Below are positions 1 through 14,046 of a stretch of 64,000 nucleotides of DNA, piece after piece. This stretch comes from Octopus bimaculoides. Taxonomy: Eukaryota. A model generated the notes under the pieces. That model had not been told where the DNA came from, made no database searches, and was given only the letters and a program-made list of their open reading frames with translations. Location: contig NC_068989.1 in assembly GCF_001194135.2 (NCBI RefSeq), forward strand, positions 85,979,008-86,043,007, read 5' to 3'. A program made the translations under genes and the position numbers. Position 1 is the stretch's first letter; the number at the start of each line of letters is the position of its first letter.

Positions 1-5
1 GACGG

Positions 6-44
<39 letters not shown>

Positions 45-3000
45 NNNNNNNNNNNNNNNNNNNNNNNNNNNNNNNNNNATATCATCATCATCGTCGTTTA
101 ACGTCCGCTTTCCATGGTAGCATAGGTTGGACGATTTGACTGAGGACTGGTGAACCAGATGGCTACACCAGGCTCCAATGGTGGTTGTCTAATCCTTATG
201 CAGAGTTTGACCACCTTCTGTACCTACACCTTAGAACCATCATGGCATCTGATGTGGCTTTTTAAACCAGACAATGTTCTGAAAAGACACCCACATAGAT
301 TGCATATCCGATTTGGACCACCAAGAGCTGCAGTTAAGTTCTGATCTTAGTGGCTCTTAAAATGTCTTTTGAGGCCTCCGTTAGATTTGCAGACCTGGCA
401 TACATGGCACTGAAAGGTGTGCACAGACATACAGGCAGAATATATAGCCAAATATTTATGCAGTAATCCACATCACACACACACAACCCTTCATAAACAA
501 GATATACAGAGATAATGTTAAGACGCCCGACTGATTGCAATCACTTTCTACGGAGGTACTTCCTAATGAAGAAATCAACATTTACCAGGACCTGGTGAGT
601 TGCAAGGGCTGCACTGAAGGTTATTGCTAGCTTTGACATGGTTTCTACAGCTGGATGCTCTTCATAATGCCAACTGCTTCACAGGGAGTACCGGGTGTTT
701 TATTGGTACCAATGGTTACTGCCTTGATTGTAGACACCACAATGACAGCTTATCATAAAGAATGACTGGCTAATATGTAGACATGTTATTTTTGTAAGCA
801 ACAAAGAGCACCTATGCTGCTATGAAGCTAGAATCAAAAAAACAAAACAAATAAACCAAAAAAAAAAAAGCCAAAGAAAAAAACCCACCAACAAAAAGCA
901 TAGCATGCAGCTTAAGCAGAAAGCCAACAACATTTTATAGACAGCTCCAGAGCAGAATCAAAGTAATGTTCCTGCAATAAACCCAACACTGAACAATAGA
1001 GAAAGAGATACAAAGAGAGAAATATAAATGGTTAGTAGAATGAGTGAAGGACACGGCAGAATGGATAATTCTGTACTGAACTTGATCAAAGGAAACCTCA
1101 CAGGCCCCTTAGGGGGAACTCTGTGCACGTACGTGCGCTAGGTTTGTGTATGCAATCAGCTGTGATGAATCGAAATAGAAATGCAAAATTATTTAACACT
1201 GGCGATTATTATATCAGATGTAAGATATGTTGATGAATGCATATAATATAGGTTGGTACGCCACCTTATCTAATGCTTTAATTTAGTATTCATACAGAAA
1301 AAGGAAACAAGAAAATATTTATTTCTTTATTGCCCACGGGGGGGGGGGGACACAGAAGGGACAAACAAGGACAGACAAAAAGATTAAGTCGATTACATCG
1401 ACCCCAGTGCATAACTGGTACTTATTTAATTGATCCCGAAAGGATGAAAGCAAAGTCGACCTTGGCAGAATTTGAACTCAGAACGTAACGCAGACGAAAT
1501 ACCGCTAAGAATTTTGTCTGACATGCTAGCAATTCTGCCAAGCTTGCAGCCCAAGAAAATATTAAAGTGGTGAGGAAGGTTTACTGCAGATGACAACTTG
1601 GACTTTTTCTGCCATCAAACATCACATGTTGGCAATCCAATATCTGTGCCTATACTGTTGCTAGGCCTTGACCGTCTGGTGTGTAACACACTAACCATAT
1701 ATCAGAGACAGTATATCAACTACAGCATGAACATTTTCCTTATCTACGAAGGACTATGTCCATGGTGTATATCTATGGTGTAAAGAGAGTTCTGGTGATT
1801 TAAGTGAACGATGGTCATTGCCAGTACCATGTAAGACACACCCAGTTCACTCTGTAAAGTGGTTGGTGCTTGGAAGGGTATCCAGCCACAGAAGCTAAGC
1901 CAAATGGATGACTGAAATGAGGTGCAGCTTACCAGTTCCAGTCAAACCATCTAACCCATGCCAGCATGGAAAACAGATGCTAAACGATGATAATGATATA
2001 TAAAATCATCATTTAATGTTCGCTTTCCATGCCTGCATGGAACAGATGAGATTTGCTGAGACAGATTTTCTATGGCTGGGTGCTCTTCCTGTTGTCAACC
2101 CTCACCTGTTTCCAAGCAGGGTAATATTTCCCACGTGGCCAGACATATTTTTCATGGAAGACTGGAAACAAACAATATGCTTGTTTATAGCCATCACATG
2201 ATGTCAAGACAAGGGTATACACAAGCATCCACACACAATATAATATAATATATTAATTACAAACAAGAACACAGTATTTCGCTTTGCAACCACAATATAC
2301 TAGAGTATATTAAAGGTTTACAAGTGAATATCATGTCCTACTTCTTGTGTTAGCAGTGCAATATTTTCAGTTTTAAGTGATAAACTAAAAATTTTCTACA
2401 GATTTCAGAGTCAGCACTTTAAGTTATGATGTTTTGTATACCATATGCTTAGACACACATGTGCACACATGCACACACACACACACACAGCAGGCTTCTT
2501 TCAGTTCCGTCTACCAAATCCACTCACAAGGCTTTAGTCAACTTGGGGCTATAGTTGAAGATACTTGCTGAAGGTGCCATGCAGTGGAACTGGACCTGGA
2601 AGAATGTGACTGGGAAGCAAATTTGTTGAATATTGGTTTCAAATTTTGGCACAAGGCCAGCAATTTCAAGGGAGAGATTAAGTTGATGACATCAACCCCA
2701 GTGTTTCACTGGTACTTATTTTATCAACCCCGAAAGGATGAAAGGTAAAGTCGACCTCGGGAGAATTTTAATTCAGAATGTAAAGATGGACAAAATGCCA
2801 CAAAGCATTTTACCTGGCATGGTAACGATTCTGCCCGTTCCACCACCTTAACTGGCACTCCAGTGGTTACAGCGACGAGCGTTCCAGTTGATGCAATCAA
2901 CAGAACAGCCTGCTTGTGAAATTAACGTGAAAGTGGCTGAGCACTCTACAGACACGCATACCCTTAATGTAGTTCTCAGGGAGATTCAGCATGACACAGA

Positions 3001-3587
3001 ATGTGACAAAGCTGGCCCTTTGAAGTACAAGTACGACTCATTTTTGCTGGCTGAGTGGACTGGAATAATGTGAAATAAAGTGCCTTGTTCAAGGACACAA
3101 CATGCTGCCTTATGATCGCCTTAAACTTGATGTTGATGGCAAAAATAATGCAGAAGACAAAGTGTAATTATTTGTTGAATTTTCAATGAGTGTACCTCAT
3201 TGCTTCCACCAAAGGCATCATATAAACCCTGTTTTGAATCCCCAATTAGAACAAAGGTCCTGATGCCTGGGGGAAAAAAAAATAAAAGTAGTAAACGTAT
3301 CAATTTGAGTGGAATGGAGGGTGAAACATTGCTGTAGGACTCAATACTCAACACACAGAAGCCAGGATTGTGAGTTGAATACCTTGTGCTAAGCAGAAAG
3401 GCCTGAAGCATGAGGCAAGGTATTTTCTAGGGAGAAACCGTCAAATAATATCAATCCCAATAACCTGACTGTAATTTAATTTTAACAACATGAGAAGGAT
3501 GAAAGGTAAAGACATATTCAAAAGCACTAGAAATAAACTCTAACACTCAAACGGTTCTGCCAATCAAATAATCATAATAACAATAAT

Positions 3588-3956
3588 AATAAAGAGTACT
3601 CAGAGAGCACAAACCTCCGCCAAGGCAACACCAACGTCCTCTCAACGAATAGCTAGAGGTGATTTTTAAAATGAGAATATCTGAAATAAACTTGACTGGT
3701 TTCACAAATGAGAATACTAAAAAGGAACCCGACTGCTCTCAAAGGTTAAGTAAAAAAAAAAAAAAAAGGAATCCTGAATCCTTGTCTGGTACCAGATCAA
3801 TCACAAAATCTAATAAGTTTGTGCCAGTCACGAGGCCAAACATCTCTGAAAGTTTCATTCAAATCCATCCAGCAGTTCTTGAGATATCTTGTCTACGGAC
3901 AAACAAACAAACACAACTGAAAACAATATCTCCACCTTCGCTAAGGCGGAGGTAAT
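3588..3956 (+). mobile_element. Helentron-associated (HINE/DINE-1-like) non-autonomous element
   Basis: Subterminal IRs ACCTCCGCC (3613-3621) / GGCGGAGGT (3945-3953), 3' hairpin CCTT-cgct-AAGG, (AAAC)n tract; partial copy at 18701-18792. Confidence 0.6.
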
Positions 3957-5554
3957 GATAATGATAATGACCATCAAAAGTAGGTTTCTACAGATTAGAT
4001 TCACCAGGAACATAATGTGGTAAGTATATATGTATATAAATAGGACATCACATGGGACAAGATGATGAGGTGGGGGTGTCTGTCTGTGGCCAATCAGTCC
4101 AACGCATACTCAGAAGGCTCAGAGGAAGGTCAGGTATGGATGGTCTGTCATGGCTGAAGGCAAGGAGCTGGTTCTGGACTACTGTTTTCTTTGTGCCCTG
4201 CAATCCTGTTCTGTTTGTAGGAGGTGGTACCTCTGTTGGTGCAGTTTCGCCAGGCAGAGCAGTCTTGTACTTGCATTTCCCAAGCGTTGGGCAAACTGTT
4301 GGTTAAATATTAGGATGGCAACAGAGAGGTGAAAGATATAATGTAGTTGAGACATGTCTCAGAAGGAAGACTGTCCTAAATCCCACCATGGGTTATCAAA
4401 GTGCAGAGTGTGTGTGTTTAGGCCACAAATGGGTGCAGTGAAGATGACGGTGTAGATACAGTGCAGAGCAGAGTGTGCACGAAAGTGGTTTACAACAACA
4501 AAGATAGAAGTTTTGAGTGCGTGTCACAGAATATCTACAGATGAATAAGGGATGAGTGGTAGGAGACCAGAATGAGTGACATGGACATGATAAACGAGTG
4601 CAATATGGAGTAGAGTGAGGGAGGGGAGTGATGAATAAAACAGGTGAAACTCTTAGCACCTTCACTCACTGTCGCCGCTGAATGAAGGTGGTAAGAGTGA
4701 GTGAAACATTGAGTAGAGATGGAAAGGAGGAAAACTTGAAATTAATAAAGATAATTCATAAACACCATCAAAATAAATCCACCTTGTGTGTGGCCCTCAT
4801 AAAAGAGCAGCTCTCCACTGAAGAAGGGCAGCCTTTTATCTAGTAACAAGTATGAAGGGTTTGCAAGCAGAATCACAGCCCCTCTGTAGAGTCAGAAGTT
4901 TTTATTTTTTAAAAAAAGAAGTGGAAGGGGGGGGGAGGATGTCTGGGATTGATAGTTGCTGTTGTGACATGTGGATNNNNNNNNNNGATGTCTGGGATTG
5001 ATAGTTGCTGTTGTGACATGTGGATGTTTGCATGTGTGGGTGTGGATGTGTGTATGCATGTTGATGTGCACGTGTGTGCATATGTGGGTGAACATTGTGT
5101 GTGTGTTTGTGGGAGAGTCAATGTGGATGTGTGGACGTGTGTGTGCATCCATGTACAATGTGTACGTGCATGTGTTAGTGTGCAGACACAGCAACATGTA
5201 CACAGTTGTGTAGTAATGTATATATATATACTGTGTACACAGTAAGGATGAGGAGGAGGAAGAGGACAACAGAAAGAGAGAGAGTGTTTGTGTGTGTGTG
5301 TGTGCAGTAGGAGAGTGGGGAGGGAGAGAGAGAGAGAGAGATGACAAAATACACACTTGCCTACTATGGAGGGTTGGTTACCCTCTTTCCTGGATGTGGG
5401 TGAACGGTGAGTAAAAAGCAAATATATAATAATAATGATAATAATAATAGAAATAATAATAATAATAAAAAAGCAGTAGACAATAAATCTGAAATTATAC
5501 ATATGATAATTAACTAATTAGCAGTGTAGTAATGGGTGTATAGCTTATATTCAC

Positions 5555-5636
<82 letters not shown>

Positions 5637-5699
5637 GATACAGGAATTCATGCACACATACATGCATAGATTCTATTGTGGGTCGGCATCCACACAAAT

Positions 5700-6400
5700 G
5701 CATGATCATGTTTGTTGGATTGGCCGTTATAAAAATGTCACTGAGAAAGTGTCCCCCTCTGAGGGGGGGGGAAGGAGAGGAATGTATAGAGCCTGTGTAA
5801 GGGTGGGAGTGAAAGTGGGAGGGTCAATAATAGCAGTGAATGGAAGAAGCGAGTCATTTCTACCTTTAAGTCAATCATTGAAAGGTTGAGGACACAAAAG
5901 TTGTGGGTACACAAAAATTGCTGTGATTTAATAACTATTTGGTTGTAACAGGAGAACGGCACCTGGTCGTAACCGGGGAACGACACCTGGTACTAACAGA
6001 GAGTGGCACCTGGTTGTAAGAATTGTAAACATATTTGGTTGAAAGAAGAATGGTTTTGTGTGAAAAAGGTAAACATGGCCACTTTCTAACAGTGTGTAAG
6101 AGGTACTATTTCATAGTGAAGTATCTGTTGTTAGGAAATCAATGGTTTAGATGTAACAGATAAACAGAGTAGCTAATAGTTTGAGAAAACTGAATCAGTA
6201 ATGAAAGACTGTTTCAAAGGTAAATGACGAGACTCATGGGGGGAGCTATTTTTAGTAGTGATAAACCAAAGAAGAACTGCAATGGCATGGTCATAGCTAT
6301 CTTAGAAACTGGTGTCTTAAAGATGATGCAATGGAAAATGAGACTGTGTTGTGAATCTGTCCAATGCAGAAAAGCATATGCGAAACATATTATGAAATAC
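5700..6400 (-). mobile_element. Probable Penelope-like element remnant (GIY-YIG region)
   Basis: Broken frames give CIGQ, DRF, TPVS, FGLSL in the expected order; includes three ~24-bp degenerate tandem units at 5945-6015. Confidence 0.4.
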
Positions 6401-6968
6401 ATATAGTGCGCGCGCGCGTGTGTGTGTGTGTGTGTTAAAATATATTTTATATAGTGCAAGCATTATCTGATATAGAACTCAATACATCCAGTAGAGTGGA
6501 TACGCAGTAGTGAGTTGCCCAACTTGAGGCAAGACTCAAAGTAAACTGTCAACCGTTTATATAATACAATACATACATACATTCATTGCATACTTACATG
6601 CATATACAAGTGTGTCTGTGTGTCTGTGTGTTTTGCATGATATTCAAAATACTTTTTTCCTTGGACATAGTTATGATTGAATAATTTTTAATTTCTTGTT
6701 GCATTCTCAATGAGAGATACTGAAGATATGCATAAATATATGTACAGGCTTGTACATACCCTTATATCATCATCATCATTTAATGTCATTTTCCAAGCTG
6801 GCATAGACTTAGACAGTTTGACAGGAGCTGGGAAGCCGCTGAGAGCAACAACAGGCTCCAATTGTCTGTTTTGGCATGATTTCTATGGTTGGATGCCCTT
6901 CCTAATGCCAACCACTTTACAGAATGTACTGAGTACTTTTCATGTGGCACCATAAAAAAGTATCCATG

Positions 6969-7006
<38 letters not shown>

Positions 7007-8838
7007 CAAACATACATGCGTGCACACATACACTAACTTATATGTACACCCAGGCCATACACATACATGCTACAAAAACATGCATATATCTGTAAAATAT
7101 ATACATATGTAATATAGATCATATGAATGGATCTTTGATTTTGATGATTGCCTGATTGATTGCTCAGTCCAAAGGAACTGCTACTTGATTGTATAAGTGG
7201 TAGAGTATTCCATAGCCACATGTACCATTAAAGTAATAATCAAGTGGAAAATTAGTATAACTGTATGTAAATAGTTGTGTATTCCACAGTCAGAATCATT
7301 GATACAATGGCTGGCCCACAAATCACCAGGGCAGTATCTATCTGCCCAATTTTACGTAAAAGGTTTACAACCCCCTGATGCTATGGTAGATGACACTTAC
7401 CCAAGGTGCCATGTGGTGGGATCGAACCAGACACTTTAGCATTGGGAAGTGATCTTAACTACAACCACATAGCCATGCACCCATATGCATAGAATAAACA
7501 AAAACAAAGAAAATACAACCCATACATGCAAAACATACATACTATAGGCACAATATGAGTGCATGTGTGTGTATGTATGCATGTGTGTATACACATGCAT
7601 ATATAGTGTAATGCACTTGATAAAAAAAACTGCAACGAACTTGCCATGAGGAGAGGAAAATCAATGAGTCACAGCAGAGTTTTATATTGTTTAAGTTTAA
7701 GAAAAATCTGGCTGCACCTAAGAGGATGTAAAACTCTGCTATCTTCCATTAATTTCTTATCTTTTACCCCGAAGAAGAATTGGGTACAAAATGTTGGATT
7801 TTCTACTCCTCACAGCAAGTTCACCGTATTCTTTTTATCGATTGCACCACATAATGTAAGTCTTGCCAATGCAAAACACCAACCTTATATAATATTTTAA
7901 CATCCACTTTTTTCCATCATGGGCCAAACAATTCCTTGAAGTGGATTGTAAATTTTCTATGGCTGGACACTCTGCCTGTTACCAATCCTCATGTTTTTCC
8001 CAAGAGAAGTATTATTTTCCCCATGGGCAAACATGCTTTTTTCATGGTTGATTGGAAATGAATCATGCTATGTCAAGACAATGGGACACACCACACACCC
8101 ACAACAGGCTTCTTTCAGTTTCTAGGTGGAACATAAATAAGGTCCTGCTTCTGTCATTGCACACACACACACACACACACGCTGTACATGCATGATATAT
8201 ACACACATCACACAATATTTATTAAAGAATCAGTTTTCATTTACAAACAAAAAGAAAGAAAATCATTGAGCTTGTTGGTAGTATAGGTGCGTAGATGAGA
8301 TGTACACTACATAGGTATCGGTGATGTGTACAGTACTTCTAGGTGTGTGGTCTTAGTGTGTATTCACTGGAGATTCTTGACAAAAAAGGAAAGTGATGAG
8401 TTGCCATACCCCAAGGGGAACTTCAATGGTGCATTGATGTCTGTGAATTTAACAGTTTGTATATGTTAGATCTATTGGATTGGAGCGGATTGCCTATGTT
8501 CCATTGTCAATAGGACGAATGGCTCAGCAGGTTCTCTTCACCAACTGCATTTTGATGTGAAGGCTATGAATTTGAACTCAAGATCATACTGGTTTGATAA
8601 GTCTACTCTATCCCAATGCTTTGACAGAAGGGAGCAGTTTTTTTTATACTCTGACCCAGAAGTAGTTAAATCAATTACATCAACCCACCCCTCCCTCAGT
8701 GTTCAACTGGTACTTATTCTATCAACCCTGAAAGGATGAAAGGCAAAGTCAACCTTGGGAGAATTTTAACTTAGAACGTAAAGACGAATGAAATACTGCT
8801 AAGCATTTTGCCCAGTGTCCTAACACTTCTGCCAGCTT

Positions 8839-8872
<34 letters not shown>

Positions 8873-10035
8873 TACTTATGTGTGTGTGCATGTGTGTTAG
8901 ATATATTAAAAAATATAAAATCACCAATTTGTCCAGTATAGACACAGAGATATAGGCTGGCAGTCTATCACCATATGAAAGGCCACAGCATGGATATATT
9001 AAAAAAACAGAAAAAGATTAAGATGTATATTTAATACTTTTATATTTTAAAAAAGATCACCATCGGGGGTGACTAAAGAATCATTCACTACAATAACTAA
9101 TTTCAAAGAAAATTAGAATGTAATGGAGTAAGTCCTATTTTCATCATTGGTTTTATGGCTGGACACCCTTCCCTATGCCAACCCTTTTAGCTTCCTCTTA
9201 CAACAAACATGGGAACAGTGTATCTTGTCTAAAATCAGAGATACACACTTTTTAGCAGTAGTGTAATATACAATACAGCTACAGAATTACACATATTGAT
9301 AGAAGAACAAGTCTATCATCAATAAATATAACAATCACTTTAATAACAATAATGTAAAAGTTAGTTATAGCTGCATGGAAAGCATCGCAATTAAAATATT
9401 TCACTGTAACAGAAAATAACAGAACAAGGAACACACTGAACCAATCAACAAAAGTTCAATTTCAGCAACATCGTGGTATATCCACTTAATGACAAATGTC
9501 CCCAAAACACCTTAGCATATAAAACTAAAAGTACATCCTCAGATGGTACCAAAGCACTATATAAGGCTAATAGAGAGCATATAAAAAAAAAGGGCCATAG
9601 CAACATTCTTATTACTTAAGATATAGAGAACATATATTCTATCTCTCAAATCCAGTACATCTGGAAAGTGAGAATAGAGATGACATCACTCCATAATTTA
9701 GTCCATAGTTGAGACTGCAAAAGCCATATTTTAACAAACCCTTTCCCACATAAAAAAAAAAGAAAAAGATATAATGTAATATTCTGTTGCAACTTGTCAA
9801 AATGTTATATGATAAAATAAGAGTTGGTCTCAAAATGCAGACATAACAGATATTTATTAAAGACTTGACAGACTACCACCCACACAAGCCAAGAGGATCA
9901 TCAAAACAACACCCTATACCGACATAGTAGTAATTCCTCCATCAGACATTGTCCACCAATAACTATATTAAGGAGAAAAACAAAAGATAAATCATTTCTA
10001 TACAGAACTCCTCTCAACTGTTAAACAAAGCACCA

Positions 10036-10041
10036 TTTATT
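10036..10041 (-). terminator. Candidate polyadenylation signal AATAAA of the ANKRD28-family transcript
   Basis: tttatt on + at 10036-10041 (another at 9853-9858) within a ~1.5-kb SINE-free stretch below the putative stop. Confidence 0.3.
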
Positions 10042-10745
10042 CAATTGAAATGGCCCCAACTTTTGGTTCATTTGTCTCGTTTCAAAGCCCTGACCTCTTC
10101 ATTCATCTCTTTGTTGCTTGAAATAAATGGACCAGAGATGAGAAACTCAGAGGAGGGATGAAATGAATTTTCAGCTTCAACCAAACAAACTATCACTTGT
10201 ATTGAGTACATTTTCTTCTGTTTGTTTGTCCAAACACACACACATCTCTCTATCTGTCTACCTCAATCTCTATATCTATTGATCTAATCTATCTCCATGA
10301 GAGAGGCATACACATCTAATATGTATATATATAAAAGTATCATATGCACATCACATATAGTTCTCTACATGAAAAGTGAAAGGGGGGGAGAGAGAGAGAG
10401 AGAGAGAGATAGAAAGATGGAAAGAGACAATACACGAAGCAGTGTGTTTGGTCAAAGGACCTCTACAAGGCAGAAGAAAGAGGAAGAATCAGGGGCCACA
10501 CTACAACTACGTTATATAGATTAGTTATAAGCCAGAACGAGCCAGGACTGACCACATGCATGCAAGTTATGGGATGGGGTGGGACAAACTGAAATACCAC
10601 TGTTGCCTTGACAACGGTGATGGTAGCATGTTTGAAGTTGGAAGAGGTGGGAGTAATGGCCAGACCGGCTCTGAGAATTAGTCAGAATTAAATATAAAGA
10701 ACATATGTATATAAGTATTTATATGTGTATATATATATGTGTATA

Positions 10746-10813
10746 TTACATTGGTTTCAGATGTTCATCATCATCATCAACGTCATCATCATCATCACCG
10801 GAGGGTGAATTCT
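10746..10813 (-). CDS. ANKRD28: Candidate last coding exon: ENSPSGDDDDDVDDDDEHLKPM*
   Basis: gtaatattttcag acceptor, phase 1, TAA at 10746-10748; acidic tail fits the family, but a (GAT)n microsatellite could mimic it. Confidence 0.55.
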
Positions 10814-11205
10814 CTGAAAATATTACAACAGGAGCAATAAATTGTCAACGGACAAAGTTTGTGGGCAGCAGACCAGAGGGTGGAGGGCATTGTTTTGAAA
10901 CGTCCACCTCTGAAGTATGCTCACCCTTCGTAATAATCACACTTAAGCAGTAGCCACACTCAAGGAAAGCCACTCTTATCTGGACACTCCATCATACAGT
11001 CATTAATCAACCTGGTTGGAGAGCTTAGACAGATAATTAGGTTAATTCCAGTGTCTGTCTTGTCTTTGTTTATTTCAATGATTCTGGAAATACGAGAAAC
11101 AAAGTACACCTCGACGGGATTCAAACTTGGAACACTGAAGCTTAAAATGAAAGCCAAAGGAATAATTTAGTACAGAGTGTTACAGTTAATGTTATGCCCT
11201 CTCAC

Positions 11206-11220
11206 CTTGGACGACACAAT
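11206..11220 (-). CDS. ANKRD28: Candidate 15-nt microexon: DCVVQ(G)
   Basis: ttctctcatttcattacag acceptor, CAAG/GTGAGA donor, phase 1/1; splice signals only. Confidence 0.5.
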
Positions 11221-11289
11221 CTGTAATGAAATGAGAGAAGGGGGTTAATTGTCAGAGAGAATTGAATTAATGTATTGGGATTTGCTAAC

Positions 11290-11334
11290 CATCTTCAATA
11301 TTGCCTCCACACTGATGTGACTTGGAAGAAGAAT
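11290..11334 (-). CDS. ANKRD28: Candidate C-terminal tail exon: DSSSKSHQCGGNIED(G)
   Basis: 45 nt, gctttacag / GTTAGC, phase 1/1, open frame; no homology support. Confidence 0.55.
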
Positions 11335-11589
11335 CTGTAAAGCAGCAGGTTTTCATGTGTTGAACCTGTTATTTAATCTGTGATGATATCTCACATCATC
11401 TTTACCCCTAATTGCATAAACAATGCAATACCAAACACACGGCAATACACCACCTGATGGGTTAACGTGTTTTTATAGTTATATGCCCATAATAACAAAG
11501 TTGTCTCACAGTTGTATTGAATGTAATGAAGCACTTAAACATTGTCATTTAATTCTCTCATACGTTTTTTTTTTTTTTTTAGTAGTTGG

Positions 11590-11960
11590 TTGGGCCTGAA
11601 GGAAGGGCTGTGCCCATGACTTTCACAGACCCTGTGAGATCAGTGAAACTGTTGTCATGTATACTCAGCTTGAATTCTTGGAAGTTGATAGTTGCAGGAA
11701 AGGAATTCCAGATGGCTGATGTCCTGTTGACAACGAACTGGGTGTAGTAGTTAAAGTGATGCTTGGTAGGATGGACACAATATGAGTGATGATAGGAGGA
11801 GAGCTGAGTGAGCCAGGATGGTTTAAATGGGAGTGGTATGTGCCCAACCAGTTCTGAGAAACAGAGGGCACCATAGTGAAAGTACAAAGTGGGGAGATAG
11901 CTTATCTGTGGACCAGAGATTGGAGTGTATTTGCGAACAACTTCATTTTACACACACCAC
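11590..11960 (-). mobile_element. CR1/L2/Crack-group LINE 3' remnant
   Basis: FVVNRTSAIWNSFPATINFQEFKLSIH resembles RT..LWNSLP...NLQ.FK. Confidence 0.55.
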
Positions 11961-12413
11961 ATACAGTCCTCTATACACGGCCCATAATCCACGACTGTAA
12001 CCCATCACATATTACATACATCACATACAAACCTCAATAAAAACCATGTTTCACTACCATGCACCACATGTAGTCCTCTACATTCACTGTCCATGTTTCA
12101 CTCTCATCACCCATCTTACACACACCAAATGGAAACTGATAAAAGCAATCATGCATGGAACACTGACAACAGAAGGGTGCAATGCAGTGGAACAAAGCTG
12201 TGTGAGGGAGGGTTCCTACAATACCGACAGTACAACATCGACAACAACAGTAGCAACATCAATATCTATTGATAAAGAAATGGAATTGAGCTTCTAAGAG
12301 ACAACTACCACACACATACACACACACACACCGACACTCACATACATGCAATAGCTGTTAGGTTTCATCCACAGTAGAGATGTTTCGTGTACGCTGACAT
12401 CAAGGACACTCAC

Positions 12414-12536
12414 CTAGACTGGAACGGTTGATTCTGTAAGTGGAATTGTTGTGGAAAGGCATCATGTGGTTGAGGATAATGGAGAGACAGTCTGCCACCT
12501 GGCTGTTTGGAGCACAGGCCAAAGCTGGGGTGTAAC
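12414..12536 (-). CDS. ANKRD28: ANKRD28-family exon: [40 protein letters not shown]
   Basis: 123 nt, taccag / GTGAGT, phase 1/1; family-diagnostic [17 protein letters not shown]...MMP. Confidence 0.97.
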
Positions 12537-13737
12537 CTGGTAATAAAGAAAACAATAATGATGGACGTGGTTTTAGTATTTATGTCACCGTTTGGCCACA
12601 GTAACTGGCAGGACCTTCAGTTGCCAATACAGTATCTCTTGTTCATCGTGTTAGTTGTTGAATAGGTTATCATCAAGGCTTTTACCTTGCCTGTTTGTAC
12701 ATGTTTATTTTTTTTTTCTGAGGATGGTGGATTTATGCTATGATGTAATCTATGAATGCATCAATAAAATGCTACCAAAACAGCTCTAATTCCAATGGCT
12801 GAAGACTAGCCTCACGCTTGAAACTAGAAGTACTAAAGGAATTTGAATCAAACTGTTTGATCCATACATGTAACTCCCAATAAATGTGTTGAGAGCCCTT
12901 CTTTTGTTTGTCTGCTCACGCACATATATATCTACCTAACAACCCTTACCATTTATTTTTACTGTTTTGTTCTTACTATTCTGTTTTTGTTATCACTTTA
13001 AACCTCTGCAAATCCCAAATTTTATTTAATTTGCTTTGCAGGAACAACTGTTTTAATGAAGTCACGTCTTGTTCCAGCATTCGAAACACGGAGTAGATAA
13101 AACAGGGGACAACTGACGAAGGGATTGTTCTTTATGTTGCCTGTCTCGTTTCTCTATTTGTTTCTTTCATCATTCAAAAAAAAGTTATTTTCCATGGTTT
13201 TGTTTTTATGTTCTCGTTTTTCATTTTGTTCATATATGTACCCATATATGCATGTATATATGCATATATATGTAGGTATGTACATATATGTATATATGCA
13301 TATATATANNNNNNNNNNNNNNNNNNNNNNNNNNNNNNNNNNNNNNNNNNNNNNNNNNNNNNNNNNNNNNNNNNNNNNNNNNNNNNNNNNNNNNNNNNNN
13401 NNNNNNNNNNNNNNNNNNNNNNNNNNNNNNNNNNNNNNNNNNNNNNNNNNNNNNNNNNNNNNNNNNNNNNNNNNNNNNNNNNNNNNNNNNNNNNNNNNNN
13501 NATATACATACATACATACATATGCGAAAGAGTGGTGAAAAGTTCCTGGCATTGAGTAAAAGAAAGCACAGAGGATCAGTTAATTGTGATTTTATTCAAC
13601 ATATTCTCCTCTCAGATTCACACACTTATTGCAGTGGTCCTTCAGTTTTTCTAAGCCCTGTAAAAAACCCCAGAAGGTTGGACCTCCAACCAGGCCTTTT
13701 GCTATACCTTTAAAACCAGGAACTTTTCAACACTCCC

Positions 13738-13774
<37 letters not shown>

Positions 13775-13954
13775 CACATATTTGCGGTATACTACCAACA
13801 AATGACAATGGTTGTTTTACCTGGCTGTTAACTCAATGTTAGGATACCCAGCCAGACTCTAGATTCTAATGAATCTTGTAACTATTCTATCTATCTATAT
13901 GTGAAGATGCAAATGTAGTGCAGGTGCCTGATGTGCGTGTGTGTGTGTACTTAC

Positions 13955-14046
13955 CACTTTCATCTAATGCCATCACACTGGAACCTTTCAATAGTAATTC
14001 TCTAACAATGGCCACTAACCCATTCCGGGCAGCAATGTGTAAAGGT
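13955..14046 (-). CDS. ANKRD28: ANKRD28-family exon: PLHIAARNGLVAIVRELLLKGSSVMALDES(G)
   Basis: 92 nt, ttccag / GTAAGT, phase 2/1; resembles [31 protein letters not shown]. Confidence 0.96.

Noticed and set aside
7690-7856. Plus-strand open stretch ending at a GTAAGT donor
   Set aside because: No convincing acceptor, no recognisable protein, no partner exons
12215-12270. Possible alternative terminal exon DIDVATVVVDVVLSVL* after ctttatcaatag
   Set aside because: Derived from low-complexity (GTT)n-like sequence; no supporting features
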